Counted from the stretch's first letter, positions 1 to 8,809 are shown. The stretch is DNA of 42,205 nucleotides from Candidatus Aenigmarchaeota archaeon CG_4_9_14_3_um_filter_37_18 (GCA_002789635.1 PFTQ01000065.1:1-42205), one strand, 5' to 3'. Numbers and translations are program-made. Notes: a model not told the origin generated them from the letters alone.

Positions 1-56
1 TCCCTATTAAGCTGTTTTTGCGAATGTTTATCTCGCTTAATAGTTGTTAAATACAA

Positions 57-70
57 TAAATTTGGAGTCC
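57..70. repeat. Left arm of a 14-bp perfect inverted repeat (TAAATTTGGAGTCC) flanking ORF 155..508
   Basis: Read directly: 57..70 is the exact reverse complement of 573..586 (GGACTCCAAATTTA). Confidence 0.9.
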
Positions 71-154
71 TACTGAATAGGGCAAGAAAATAACTTCAAC
101 ATAATTCGAATCAATAACAAAATTTATATATTCTAAGCAATAGGAATAAATACT

Positions 155-508
155 ATGAGGAAAGAAATACTATTATTGATTTTCTTAGTTCTTGCAGTTA
201 CTTTATTAGTTGGATGTAATCCAAATACGGGTAAACAAAATAATCAACCGCAGGATCTTCCTGAAAAAAATAAAACTTGTGAAGATAAAGAAAATGGAAT
301 TGATTATTATGTTAGTGGAGAATTAACTGTTTGCGATTTCGTTACTTTAGAAGAACCAGATGGATCCCCAGTAGGTTGTGCCTTAAACAATGATTTATGC
401 GGAAGTGAACCTAATGTGTTATTTGAAAAATATTGTGATGGTGATGAATTAAAATTTGAAAAATATACCTGTCCAAATGGGTGTACAGAAGGCGCATGTA
501 TTCGATAA
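155..508 (+). CDS. Small secreted cysteine-rich protein with a lipoprotein-like signal peptide
   Basis: The N-terminus has a hydrophobic segment ending in LLVGC, which is lipobox-like. The mature part carries many Cys residues. No family was recognised. Confidence 0.6.
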   Translation: MRKEILLLIFLVLAVTLLVGCNPNTGKQNNQPQDLPEKNKTCEDKENGIDYYVSGELTVCDFVTLEEPDGSPVGCALNNDLCGSEPNVLFEKYCDGDELKFEKYTCPNGCTEGACIR

Positions 509-572
509 TATTTTATTTTCTTGTCCTTAATCTTTTTTTGTCTTGATTGCTCACTTTCTTCGCTTGATAGGC

Positions 573-586
573 GGACTCCAAATTTA
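573..586. repeat. Right arm of the 14-bp perfect inverted repeat
   Basis: GGACTCCAAATTTA is the reverse complement of 57..70. A partial third copy, TCCAAATTT, sits at 700..708. Confidence 0.9.
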
Positions 587-658
587 CTTTGAGTTTTTCG
601 GCTTCGCCGAACGTTGCACTAAAACTCAACCCTTCCAAGTTTTCAGGGGTATTTAACA

Positions 659-772
659 GGGCTTAACCGACTTCACTCGGTTGCACCTCGTTCCGTCCAA
701 ATTTTGCCCCATCTCTGAAAATTTCTCCAGCTCTGTTCGGATTTTCGAGGGGTCAAAACTTCGGTTAAGCCC
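659..772. other. 114-nt GC-elevated element closed by a 12-bp perfect inverted repeat; candidate structured RNA or MITE-like element
   Basis: GGGCTTAACCGA (659..670) pairs with TCGGTTAAGCCC (761..772). A competing local hairpin AACCGA-cttcac-TCGGTT lies at 665..682. A nearby hairpin TTCGGC-ttc-GCCGAA lies at 597..611. No ORF covers the element. Confidence 0.4.
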
Positions 773-853
773 GATGTTAAGTTCAATAATTTTTAGTGGC
801 TTTACGGGTTAATAGGGGGACATTTCTAAACGACGAAACGGGGGGGGAGTTCC

Positions 854-1708
854 TTATTCCTTACTTTTATCTGTGAGTTTCCTTTTTTTATCTGTTATAG
901 AAAGATAGTTTTGTCTGGTTGTTACTGGACGACCTAATTCTTTTTCAGCATTTATCCTAGCATTTCCTGCAACTTTTCCACCTCTTTTGGCAACATCTTT
1001 ACTTTTATCAAAAGTTTCTGGTTTTTCATCTTGTGAAAGTTCGGTTGTCATACGTTCACCCAGCATTGTAAAAATTAGCTTTAAATCATTCATGTGATCT
1101 CTTAAATTAGCTTGGGATTGTTTTGGAATATTTTTGAACTTTTTGTACCCAGTTGGAGTCATTCCGAATGTTGCTTTAGAAATCTCTGCTGTAAGAATAG
1201 CAAAATCTTTTTGTTCTTCAATGCCTCTTTCTCTCCATTCATCAGTCAAATTTTGCCTTATAGCAATACCTCTTAACCGTTTATCAATCCAATCTTTAGG
1301 ATATCCTTTTGCAGAGTAAATTTCTTTCATTCTTGCTTGAGCAAGCTCGGGATTTTCTATTTCATCAATTCGTTCTTTTCCTACTTCTGCAAGCCATCTC
1401 TTAAAAGGTTCAGCATTTTTACTTGGGATTGATTGAATAAGCCGAAAAACATCTTTTGTATTTCCTGCAAGAACGTTTCTCTTTTTACCTGTTTCAGTCA
1501 GCATTTCTACATGGGGACAATTTGTCCCTAGGTAACTTCCAAGTTCTGCATCTCTTTTTCGCAATTTTTTCAGATAATCGGTAGGATTAACACTTTCTGT
1601 TAAAGCTTGAACAATATCAACCAAAGAATAATGCCACTCATCTTTAAACCATATTCTTCGGATTTTCTTGCTCTGAAATACAACCAATGCTTTATCTTGA
1701 GGATTCAT
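854..1708 (-). CDS. Bro-N domain / DNA-damage-inducible protein D (DinD)-like protein
   Basis: The N-terminus (FQSKKIRRIWFKDEWHYSLVDIVQAL) matches the Bro-N fold pattern. The remainder resembles DinD-type proteins (KRWLAEVGKERIDEIENPELA). Recognised by eye only. Confidence 0.75.
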   Translation of the reverse strand: MNPQDKALVVFQSKKIRRIWFKDEWHYSLVDIVQALTESVNPTDYLKKLRKRDAELGSYLGTNCPHVEMLTETGKKRNVLAGNTKDVFRLIQSIPSKNAEPFKRWLAEVGKERIDEIENPELAQARMKEIYSAKGYPKDWIDKRLRGIAIRQNLTDEWRERGIEEQKDFAILTAEISKATFGMTPTGYKKFKNIPKQSQANLRDHMNDLKLIFTMLGERMTTELSQDEKPETFDKSKDVAKRGGKVAGNARINAEKELGRPVTTRQNYLSITDKKRKLTDKSKE

Positions 1709-2086
1709 TTTGTTTTGTCACCATTATCTTTAACTAATGATATCCATTTAATATTATCTTCAACGAATAATATACCTTCAAATTCACCTATTCTATAATC
1801 TTTTACTTTTGAATTCAACAATAAAACATCTTTGATGTCAAGTTTAGCTCGCCCCACCACCGACCACCCGCTCCTAATTTGAGAGGGGTTGCTTACGAAA
1901 CTAAAAAATCCTTCGCTTAAATAACGCTTTCACACCATTTATTCAATAAATCTTCCTTTTTAGGTGATGTTTACTTAACAGCTCAATTGAAGCTTAGGAT
2001 GTTGAAGGATCTAGAAGACAAGAAAATAATCGAACGATTCGAGATAATTTAGAATAAGCATAAAAATTAATTCCTGCCAAAAGATT

Positions 2087-2094
2087 ATTATAAA
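2087..2094 (+). promoter_or_regulatory. TATA-box-like element upstream of tRNA-Arg
   Basis: ATTATAAA begins 29 nt upstream of the tRNA 5' end at 2116. This is typical archaeal TATA spacing. Confidence 0.4.
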
Positions 2095-2115
2095 TCAAGG
2101 TTGAATATTATTCAT

Positions 2116-2190
2116 GGGTCCGTAGCTCAGTTTGGATAGAGCGGCAGCCTTCTAAGCTGAAGGTCGTGGGTTCGAATCCCATCGGGCCCA
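2116..2190 (+). tRNA. tRNA-Arg (anticodon TCT)
   Basis: Folded by hand into a 75-nt cloverleaf. Acceptor GGGTCCG/CGGGCCC, D arm GCTC..GAGC, anticodon loop CTTCTAA (TCT), T arm GTGGG-TTCGAAT-CCCAT, discriminator A. No intron and no encoded CCA. Confidence 0.93.
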
Positions 2191-2242
2191 TTAGGCATTC
2201 GCATTCAAGTCCCTAGAAGAATAAATAAAAGGGGATGAAATA

Positions 2243-2473
2243 ATGAAAACCAAGAAAAATGAGGATGAAAATTTCTGGTCTGATGAGATTTTTTATGAAA
2301 CGATGGGTTCTGAAGACATGAAAGAAAAGATGAAAACCTTTCACAAAAAACATGGCGAAGACATGAATTTCAGCTGCTCAAAATGCAGCAAAAGAATATC
2401 CGCCCACAATAAGGATTGGCATGCCGGGATGTGCGATGACTGCTTCAACAAAAAGTTTTTCCCAGATGATTAA
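2243..2473 (+). CDS. Small zinc-ribbon-like protein (CxxC ... CxxC)
   Basis: Carries CSKCSK ... CDDC motifs. A purine-rich AAAAGGGGATGA lies just upstream of the ATG. Confidence 0.5.
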   Translation: MKTKKNEDENFWSDEIFYETMGSEDMKEKMKTFHKKHGEDMNFSCSKCSKRISAHNKDWHAGMCDDCFNKKFFPDD

Positions 2474-2778
2474 CTCATACTACTAATTTTGCCCACATAT
2501 CTACCATCAGTAAAGTTTCAATATTACTTATTTCTATAATAATTATTATAAAAAGTGATAATGATGAATGTCGCCAACAAGTTTGTAAAGTATGTGAAAG
2601 AGGCATTCTCGGCTAAGATTTGACTCTTTAGTGGGAATATAGAAGTTGCTGGGGTTAATAAGGGCTTGAGATATTTTAATCCATAATTTTATATTTGATC
2701 ATCATCAAACGGCTGAAACCGAACATAATCCATTCCTTTATTAAGCCTTATCACCAAATTCAATTATCGGACGAGACC

Positions 2779-3744
2779 ATGGATAAAAAAATCAAAAAAG
2801 CAACCGAATTCGTGAAAACACACAAACTAGCTTCAGTAGGAATTGCTGTCGCCTTACTAGTTTTCGGTGTTATCCTCTTCAACTTCTTGGGAAACTTAAT
2901 GTTTTTGTCAGGCTATAAAACATACGCGCCTGGCGCTTATTCTCCGCTGCCGAACTTGGATTATATAGGTGGAGGCCAATACGAAAGGACTATAGACCAA
3001 AAAGCAACCGATATCCTAGCCAGCCCGACAGAATACAACATAAAGAAAGGCTCTATTAATGTTAAGACCAAAGACGCAGTGTCTGATTATGAGATCTTGC
3101 GCCAAAAAACCCAATCACTCAACGGCTGGATTGAATCTATGAGCAAGAATGATGATTTCAGCCAGGTTGCAATAACAGCCCAACTAAGAATACCTTATGA
3201 TAATTTTGATTCGTTCACAGATTGGATGGTAAATAATTTTGATGTAAGCCAAGCAGACATACAGCTCTACAAGGTAAGCGTTGAGAAAAAACAAGACGAA
3301 ATACAAATACTGACCGAAGCTTTAGACGTCTACGACCGCCTCTTAAAAAAAGCTGAGCAAGGACTAAACGTAACCGATTACAACCTCGAGATAATAATGA
3401 AGATAACCAACAAAAGGCTGGAAGTGATGCGGCTGCTTAGGGAATACGGATACTCAATAGAGCAGACACAAAAAGAATCCGACTACACAACAGTAACGGT
3501 GAGATTAACCCAAGAAAAGCAAATAAAACTTATCCCAGAAGATATGGGAAAAGAGTTGAGAACAAAAATAAGGAATAGCATTCAAGATGTCACTATGGTT
3601 GGAATTGACTTAATAACTGTCCCGATTGTTGTGCTCACAAAGGTCTTGGTGTGGATACTCTACGTGTTCATAGTATTGATTCCAGCGTTTATCGGGGTAA
3701 AATTGCTTGTAAAAATCTTCAAGTGGATCTGGAAAAAGGTGTGA
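2779..3744 (+). CDS. DUF4349-like membrane protein
   Basis: N-terminal TM segment, a central domain plus coiled coil laid out as in DUF4349, and C-terminal TM segments. The ATG at 2779 is preferred over the TTG at 2695 used by the ORF track. Confidence 0.65.
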   Translation: MDKKIKKATEFVKTHKLASVGIAVALLVFGVILFNFLGNLMFLSGYKTYAPGAYSPLPNLDYIGGGQYERTIDQKATDILASPTEYNIKKGSINVKTKDAVSDYEILRQKTQSLNGWIESMSKNDDFSQVAITAQLRIPYDNFDSFTDWMVNNFDVSQADIQLYKVSVEKKQDEIQILTEALDVYDRLLKKAEQGLNVTDYNLEIIMKITNKRLEVMRLLREYGYSIEQTQKESDYTTVTVRLTQEKQIKLIPEDMGKELRTKIRNSIQDVTMVGIDLITVPIVVLTKVLVWILYVFIVLIPAFIGVKLLVKIFKWIWKKV

Positions 3745-4035
3745 TTCATCATTATATAACTCAGCGGATATTTTCATCTGCAAACACAGGCACTTGTCTT
3801 TAGAAAAAAAGCCGCAAATCCAAAAAGCGCTAAAAATACGGTTAAAAATCCTAAAAGCACTCAAATAAAAGTTTAAATACATGCTTCATATATTAATTTA
3901 GTTATTGCTTTCCAAAAGAGGGACAAAAAACAAAATGCAAAATATTATATTGGACAGTGATAGTGAGGAGCCTCCCGAGCGGTGCGGGGAGAACGAATAT
4001 AACCTATTTCTAAGCTTAGTTCGAGGTTATGCCTG

Positions 4036-5037
4036 ATGAAAGTAGGCCTTACTTTTAATTCTATTCCCGAGGATTATGTCAGAGGAGAGTCTGACAGGTA
4101 TGCTGAATTTGATGATATGTCTACTATCAACGCTATCAAAGGTGCGATAGAATCCGGCGGGCATGAAGTCTTATTGATAGAAGCGGATGAAAATGCTTAT
4201 GAAAAACTCAAACAGTCCAAGCTGGATATCGTATTCAATATAGCAGAAGGATTGAATGGAGAGAGCAGGGAATCCCAGATACCGGCGATGCTTGATATGC
4301 TGAATATCCCTTATACAGGGTCTAATGCCTTAACACTGGGAATAGCTTTGGATAAAACGAGAACAAAAGAGATACTGTCTTATTATAAAATACCAACAGC
4401 AAAATTCCAGCTGTTTAAATCACCAAACGACCCCTTAGACAAAAATCTTAGGTTCCCATTATTTGTGAAGCCGAACACCGAAGGCTCAAGCCGCGGAATA
4501 ACAGGCAAGTCTTTAGTCAATAATGAGAAAGAACTTAGGGAGACTGCTGCATCAATAATAAAAAAATATCACCAGCCTGCTTTAGTTGAGGAGTTCTTGG
4601 ATGGAAGAGAATTCACTGTCTCGCTGATAGGCAATCCTTCTGAAATCATGCCTATAGTTGAAATCACTTTTGACAACCTGCCTGAAGGCGTCCCTAAATT
4701 TGACTGTTATGATGTTAAGTGGGTATGGGATTCTCCTGACAGTGAAGTGGAGACTGTGATATGCCCGGCAAAGATTGATAAAAAACTTGAAGATATGATC
4801 AAAAGAACTGCGTTAGACACTTTTCAAGCGTTGGAGTGCTTGGATTTTGGGAGGATTGACATGAGGCTTGACAGGAATGGAGTGCCGAATGTAATCGACG
4901 TCAACCCTATTGCCGGATTAATCCCAGACCCAAAAGAAAACTCAAGATTCCCAAAGGCTTGCTATACAGCTGGAATGACATACAATCAGATTATACTAAA
5001 AATTATTGAGTCTGCCTTGAAAAGGATTGGAAAGTGA
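4036..5037 (+). CDS. D-alanine--D-alanine ligase-like ATP-grasp enzyme
   Basis: Ddl-family layout: FNIAEG..GE.RE.Q.P..L....IPYTGS, followed by ATP-grasp motifs (FVKPN.EGSS.G, EEFL.GREFTV). GAGGT lies upstream of the ATG. Confidence 0.85.
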   Translation: MKVGLTFNSIPEDYVRGESDRYAEFDDMSTINAIKGAIESGGHEVLLIEADENAYEKLKQSKLDIVFNIAEGLNGESRESQIPAMLDMLNIPYTGSNALTLGIALDKTRTKEILSYYKIPTAKFQLFKSPNDPLDKNLRFPLFVKPNTEGSSRGITGKSLVNNEKELRETAASIIKKYHQPALVEEFLDGREFTVSLIGNPSEIMPIVEITFDNLPEGVPKFDCYDVKWVWDSPDSEVETVICPAKIDKKLEDMIKRTALDTFQALECLDFGRIDMRLDRNGVPNVIDVNPIAGLIPDPKENSRFPKACYTAGMTYNQIILKIIESALKRIGK

Positions 5038-5043
5038 TATAAA

Positions 5044-6555
5044 ATGAAAGAAACCAAAGAAAATGCTGATTTTTCAAATGAAACGCAAAAAACAGGCGGT
5101 AAATTCAACCACAAGCTTAGAAAATGGAGGGTCTGGCATGAAAGAGACATCCCAGTAAAAATTAATGGAATAACAATAAAAAAAGGCGTCAGGATTAAAA
5201 TTTCTTCGAAGCCTCTCTCAACAGATTTAAGCATTGAGTATCCGAATTCTATTTGGAAGGACTACCCTGAAGAGAACAAAGTGAAATTAGTCGACAACAT
5301 AACCTACATATTCACAGCGCATTTGCCTTTCCTGCTCAAAGAGACTATCCGATTGGAATATAACACAGGATACCCCCATGCTTATTCATGGGCAAACCAA
5401 TGCTTCATGAGATTTCTGCCTGCTTACTGGTATTTGTGCAAAGGCAAAAGGGGAACTTCAGTAGTCCCTATTCTAAAGACCATGCTAAACTCAAGAGCAC
5501 AATTCTCAGAGACAAAAGATGTGCCGCCAAAATTTCCTGAGACAATAGACGAAAACATAATTATTCCGTTCACATTCGGAAAGGACAGCTTCCTGACATA
5601 CAACATTGCTAAAGAGATAGGCTTGCATCCAACCTTAGTTTACTTTAATGAGCCGACAGAAGAATACGCAAGGAAGCATAAGCTGAAATTAATAGAAAAA
5701 TTCAGTGAAAAGGAAAATGAGAAAGTCTATTATCTGGAAAACCCACTCGGGAATTTGAGGGAATATGGGGAAGGCTGGTTCGGGTGGGAGCTCGCATTAA
5801 CTTCATGGTGTTTGTTATCTCTGCCTTTCGCCTACAAGAAGAAGGCTGGCTACATCGTTTTCTCAAATGAAGCGAGCTGCAATGAGTTCTTCTACGACAA
5901 GGATAATTTGAAGGTTATACCAGATTACGAGCAATCAGAACAAGCAACAGAAGAATTGTCTATTTTAACCCAAGCCTTATCAGAAGGAGAAGTATATACA
6001 ACAACCTTTTTGCAAGGGCTGCATGAGCTCGCTATTTTATCAATCCTTAAGAAGCGCTATCCAAAAAGCCTGAAATACCTGATGTCATGCTGGGCAGAGA
6101 CAGAAGCCGCAAAAGACAAAAGGTGGTGCGCCGACTGCTCAAAATGTGCAAGAATATTCGTATTCTTAAGCGCTTTAGGGATTAACCCTATGAAAGAAGT
6201 TGGCTACAAAGACAATATGTTTATGCCTGAGTTTGAAAGGCTTTACAATGTATTCGGCAAGACTGCTGCAGGGACTGGTTTTGACTCATTTGGAATTAAC
6301 AGGGATGAGCAGCTCCTGACATTCTATTTAACATATCTTAGGGGCAACAGGGACCTTTTGGTTGTGAAGTTTGCTGAGTCTTCATCCTTTAAGGAAGCCG
6401 AGTCCAGATTCGACGAATTGATTGAAAAATATTTTACACTCCACGAAGAGTTCATAACCCCGCCTCAATGGAAGGAGAGAATTGACAGCATATTCAGCGA
6501 AACACTGGAAAAAGTAAGGGAAGAAGCTAAAGCCCTTAAGAAAAGCCTCAAATAA
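5044..6555 (+). CDS. Uncharacterised 503-aa protein with a PP-loop-like motif and a C-x2-C-x2-C cluster
   Basis: FTFGKDS (5569..5589) resembles the SGGxDS PP-loop of adenine-nucleotide alpha-hydrolases. WCADCSKC (Cys codons within 6127..6147) resembles the QueC-type zinc site. The start lies 6 nt after the ATP-grasp stop. Confidence 0.7.
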   Translation: MKETKENADFSNETQKTGGKFNHKLRKWRVWHERDIPVKINGITIKKGVRIKISSKPLSTDLSIEYPNSIWKDYPEENKVKLVDNITYIFTAHLPFLLKETIRLEYNTGYPHAYSWANQCFMRFLPAYWYLCKGKRGTSVVPILKTMLNSRAQFSETKDVPPKFPETIDENIIIPFTFGKDSFLTYNIAKEIGLHPTLVYFNEPTEEYARKHKLKLIEKFSEKENEKVYYLENPLGNLREYGEGWFGWELALTSWCLLSLPFAYKKKAGYIVFSNEASCNEFFYDKDNLKVIPDYEQSEQATEELSILTQALSEGEVYTTTFLQGLHELAILSILKKRYPKSLKYLMSCWAETEAAKDKRWCADCSKCARIFVFLSALGINPMKEVGYKDNMFMPEFERLYNVFGKTAAGTGFDSFGINRDEQLLTFYLTYLRGNRDLLVVKFAESSSFKEAESRFDELIEKYFTLHEEFITPPQWKERIDSIFSETLEKVREEAKALKKSLK

Positions 6556-6588
6556 TTATTATTTAACTTCTTACTCTCAAGATTAATC

Positions 6589-7371
6589 ATGTCTATGCAG
6601 GAATTCTGGGAAGTAGTAAGGCAAGTCATAGAAGAGTCGAATGTAGTGATAGAAGTTCTCGACGCAAGGATGCCTCAGGAAACCCGAAACAGGAAGGCAG
6701 AGAAGATGGTTAAGCTTTATAGGAAGCCTCTGATCTTCGCAGTCAATAAAGCAGACCTCGTAAGGATGGGAACTGTGAGGGAGAATAGAAGGATTCTCGA
6801 GAAAGACGCCCCTTGTGTTTTTGTATGCACTAAGAACAGGCGCGGCATAACATTCCTGAAGAAGAAGATTTTTGAAATCGCTAAGAAAAGGTCCCGCAGG
6901 CGAATGCTGAGTGTTGGCGTTATTGGATACCCAAATACAGGAAAATCTTCCCTGATAAATGCACTTGCCGGCAGGAAAAAAGCTAAAGTCTCTCCTATCC
7001 CAGGGTTCACAAGAGGTGTTCAGTGGATAAGTGGCGGGCCTGATATAAGGCTGTTGGATACTCCTGGCGTTATCCCGCTGTCAGAAGAAGATAAGCTTAA
7101 ACAGGCTCTAACCGGTGTTTTGGATTCTTCAAGAGTTGAAGACCCAGAAGATGTTGCAAGAAGCATAATCAAAACTTTTCTGGAGAAAGACAAAAAAGCT
7201 TTCGAAAGGTTTTATGGGATTGAAGTCAAAACAAAAAGGTTTGATTTTATTATCAGCAAGCTAGGCAAGGCCAGAAACATGCTCAAGAAAGGCGGGATGA
7301 TTGATGAGAAGCGAGTCTACTTTATGATTATCAATGACTGGCAGAAGGGAAAGCTGCTGCTGAAAAAGTAA
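6589..7371 (+). CDS. Circularly permuted GTPase (YlqF/RbgA/Nug1-like ribosome-biogenesis GTPase)
   Basis: The G4 motif NKADL precedes the G1 motif GYPNTGKSSLINAL, and DTPG follows. This order is the permutation typical of the YlqF/YawG family. Confidence 0.85.
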   Translation: MSMQEFWEVVRQVIEESNVVIEVLDARMPQETRNRKAEKMVKLYRKPLIFAVNKADLVRMGTVRENRRILEKDAPCVFVCTKNRRGITFLKKKIFEIAKKRSRRRMLSVGVIGYPNTGKSSLINALAGRKKAKVSPIPGFTRGVQWISGGPDIRLLDTPGVIPLSEEDKLKQALTGVLDSSRVEDPEDVARSIIKTFLEKDKKAFERFYGIEVKTKRFDFIISKLGKARNMLKKGGMIDEKRVYFMIINDWQKGKLLLKK

Positions 7372-7636
7372 AAGGTATCAAATTGGTTGCTTCTCTTTCT
7401 AGTTGGAGTCTTGTTTGATAACAGAACGAAATGTTATTTTTAAATACTTGGCAATCCTAAATTTTAGGTTATGAAACTAGGTAATCAGAATTTCAAAAAT
7501 GTTAGATTAGATTACGTAGATTTCGATATCATCCACTTGCTCAGATGGTGCTGAGTGGAGTTGGGATGATTCTTTTTCTGGCTGATAAGAGGACTAACCT
7601 CTGATGTGGGTCGAAATAAAAGGAGGTTAGAGTAAT

Positions 7637-7894
7637 ATGGGAGGTTATCTAACACCAGGAAAAGTATCAGGAGGTTATTGCTATGTCGAAGTACGTAGCA
7701 GTGGAGTTTTGGGGGTAGCAACTGCTTATTTAAGAGAATCAGGATTTGAATTTCAAATGAATGGAGGGGGGGATTCTTTTTTTTTAACGGCTAGCAATCA
7801 AGCAGAAGTTGATCGTATTTGTGGCGCAATTGGTGAAAGATGTGCAAGATTAGGATATAGAAGTATGAAAAATAGGAAAAGAAAATATCATTAA
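7637..7894 (+). CDS. Hypothetical small protein
   Basis: A strong AAAGGAGGT lies about 8 nt upstream of the ATG. No family was recognised. The ORF contains adjacent G7 (7766..7772) and T9 (7777..7785) runs. Confidence 0.45.
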   Translation: MGGYLTPGKVSGGYCYVEVRSSGVLGVATAYLRESGFEFQMNGGGDSFFLTASNQAEVDRICGAIGERCARLGYRSMKNRKRKYH

Positions 7895-8038
7895 TGATTA
7901 AATAAATTTATGGAATAAGTATATCAGAAAATAATAACCTAAATATTGTCAACCTTCCGCCCACGGCGTGTCCCGTAGGGACGACTGAAGAAAAATAAAC
8001 TTAATAACCTAAAACACATAATAATTGCTTAGATAGCG

Positions 8039-8809
8039 ATGACAAGGCTAATAGTAGTAACATCAGGAAAAGGAGGAGTAGGAAAGACCACTCTGGCAAG
8101 CAACCTTGCAGCAGCATTAACAGACTTCGGACAGAAAGTAATAGTAATGGACGGCAATCTGACCACTCCAAACCTAGGAATGCATCTAGGCCTGCACCTC
8201 CCGAAAAACACGCTTCATGATGTTCTTAAAGGGGAATCTAGGCTTAAAGACGCAATCTATCCGCATTCTTATGGTTTTGATGTTATCCCTGCTTCGCTTG
8301 GATTGAATGACCTTAGGGGTGTAGACGTTTCAAGACTTCCGGAAATTACATTCTCGCTGCTCGGAAAATCAGATTATGTCATCATCGACAGCGCGGCTGG
8401 GCTTGGGAAAGAGGCCTTATCAGCATTGGCATCAGCAGACGAGTCCATAATCATCACCAACCCTAATCTTCCAGCAGTTACTGACGCATTAAAGATGATT
8501 AAGCTTGCTCAGGAATCAAACATCGATGTTATTGGTGTTGTTGTCAATAGAATTACTGGAGAGGATTATGAAATGACGCCGGAGCAGATAACCGAACTTC
8601 TTGGAGTGCCTGTGATCTCGCAAATTCCCGAAGATAGAAATGTTCCTTTAAGCTTAGGGCAAAAGCAGCCTGTTGTCTCTTATGACCCTGATTCTCCGGC
8701 ATCTGTTGAGATCAAGAAGCTTGCTGCAAACCTGACTGGGAGGAGTTATACGCCCCCCAAGCCGAAGGGATTCTGGCAGAGGTTCTTTGAAAGGTTTGTA
8801 GGTCAGTAA
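8039..8809 (+). CDS. minD: MinD/ParA-family P-loop ATPase (archaeal MinD)
   Basis: Deviant Walker A SGKGGVGKTT, with MinD-like length and layout. Confidence 0.88.
   Translation: MTRLIVVTSGKGGVGKTTLASNLAAALTDFGQKVIVMDGNLTTPNLGMHLGLHLPKNTLHDVLKGESRLKDAIYPHSYGFDVIPASLGLNDLRGVDVSRLPEITFSLLGKSDYVIIDSAAGLGKEALSALASADESIIITNPNLPAVTDALKMIKLAQESNIDVIGVVVNRITGEDYEMTPEQITELLGVPVISQIPEDRNVPLSLGQKQPVVSYDPDSPASVEIKKLAANLTGRSYTPPKPKGFWQRFFERFVGQ

Noticed and set aside
540-853. RNase P RNA, SRP RNA or a split-tRNA half in the GC-rich ORF-free stretch
   Set aside because: The conserved cores are absent on both strands. There is no GAGGAAAGUCC-type CR-I, no SRP helix-8 GGAA/AGCA motifs, and no T-arm GTTCGAATC-like sequence. 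It is kept only as a generic structured-RNA or MITE candidate.
1-2190. Intact prophage or integrated element at tRNA-Arg
   Set aside because: There is no integrase, no capsid or replication genes, and no tRNA-derived direct repeat within the window. The Bro-N-like gene lies on the 5' side of the tRNA. At most this is a relic.
3610-3882. 90-aa minus-strand ORF downstream of the DUF4349 gene
   Set aside because: Half of it is antisense to the DUF4349 C-terminus. It has Phe/Tyr/Cys-rich junk composition and no upstream signals.
7560-7610. Possible box C/D sRNA (GATGAT ... CTGA ... CTGATG)
   Set aside because: The boxes are non-canonical (no RUGAUGA), the spacing is too short for a C/D plus C'/D' layout, and there are no terminal pairing stems.
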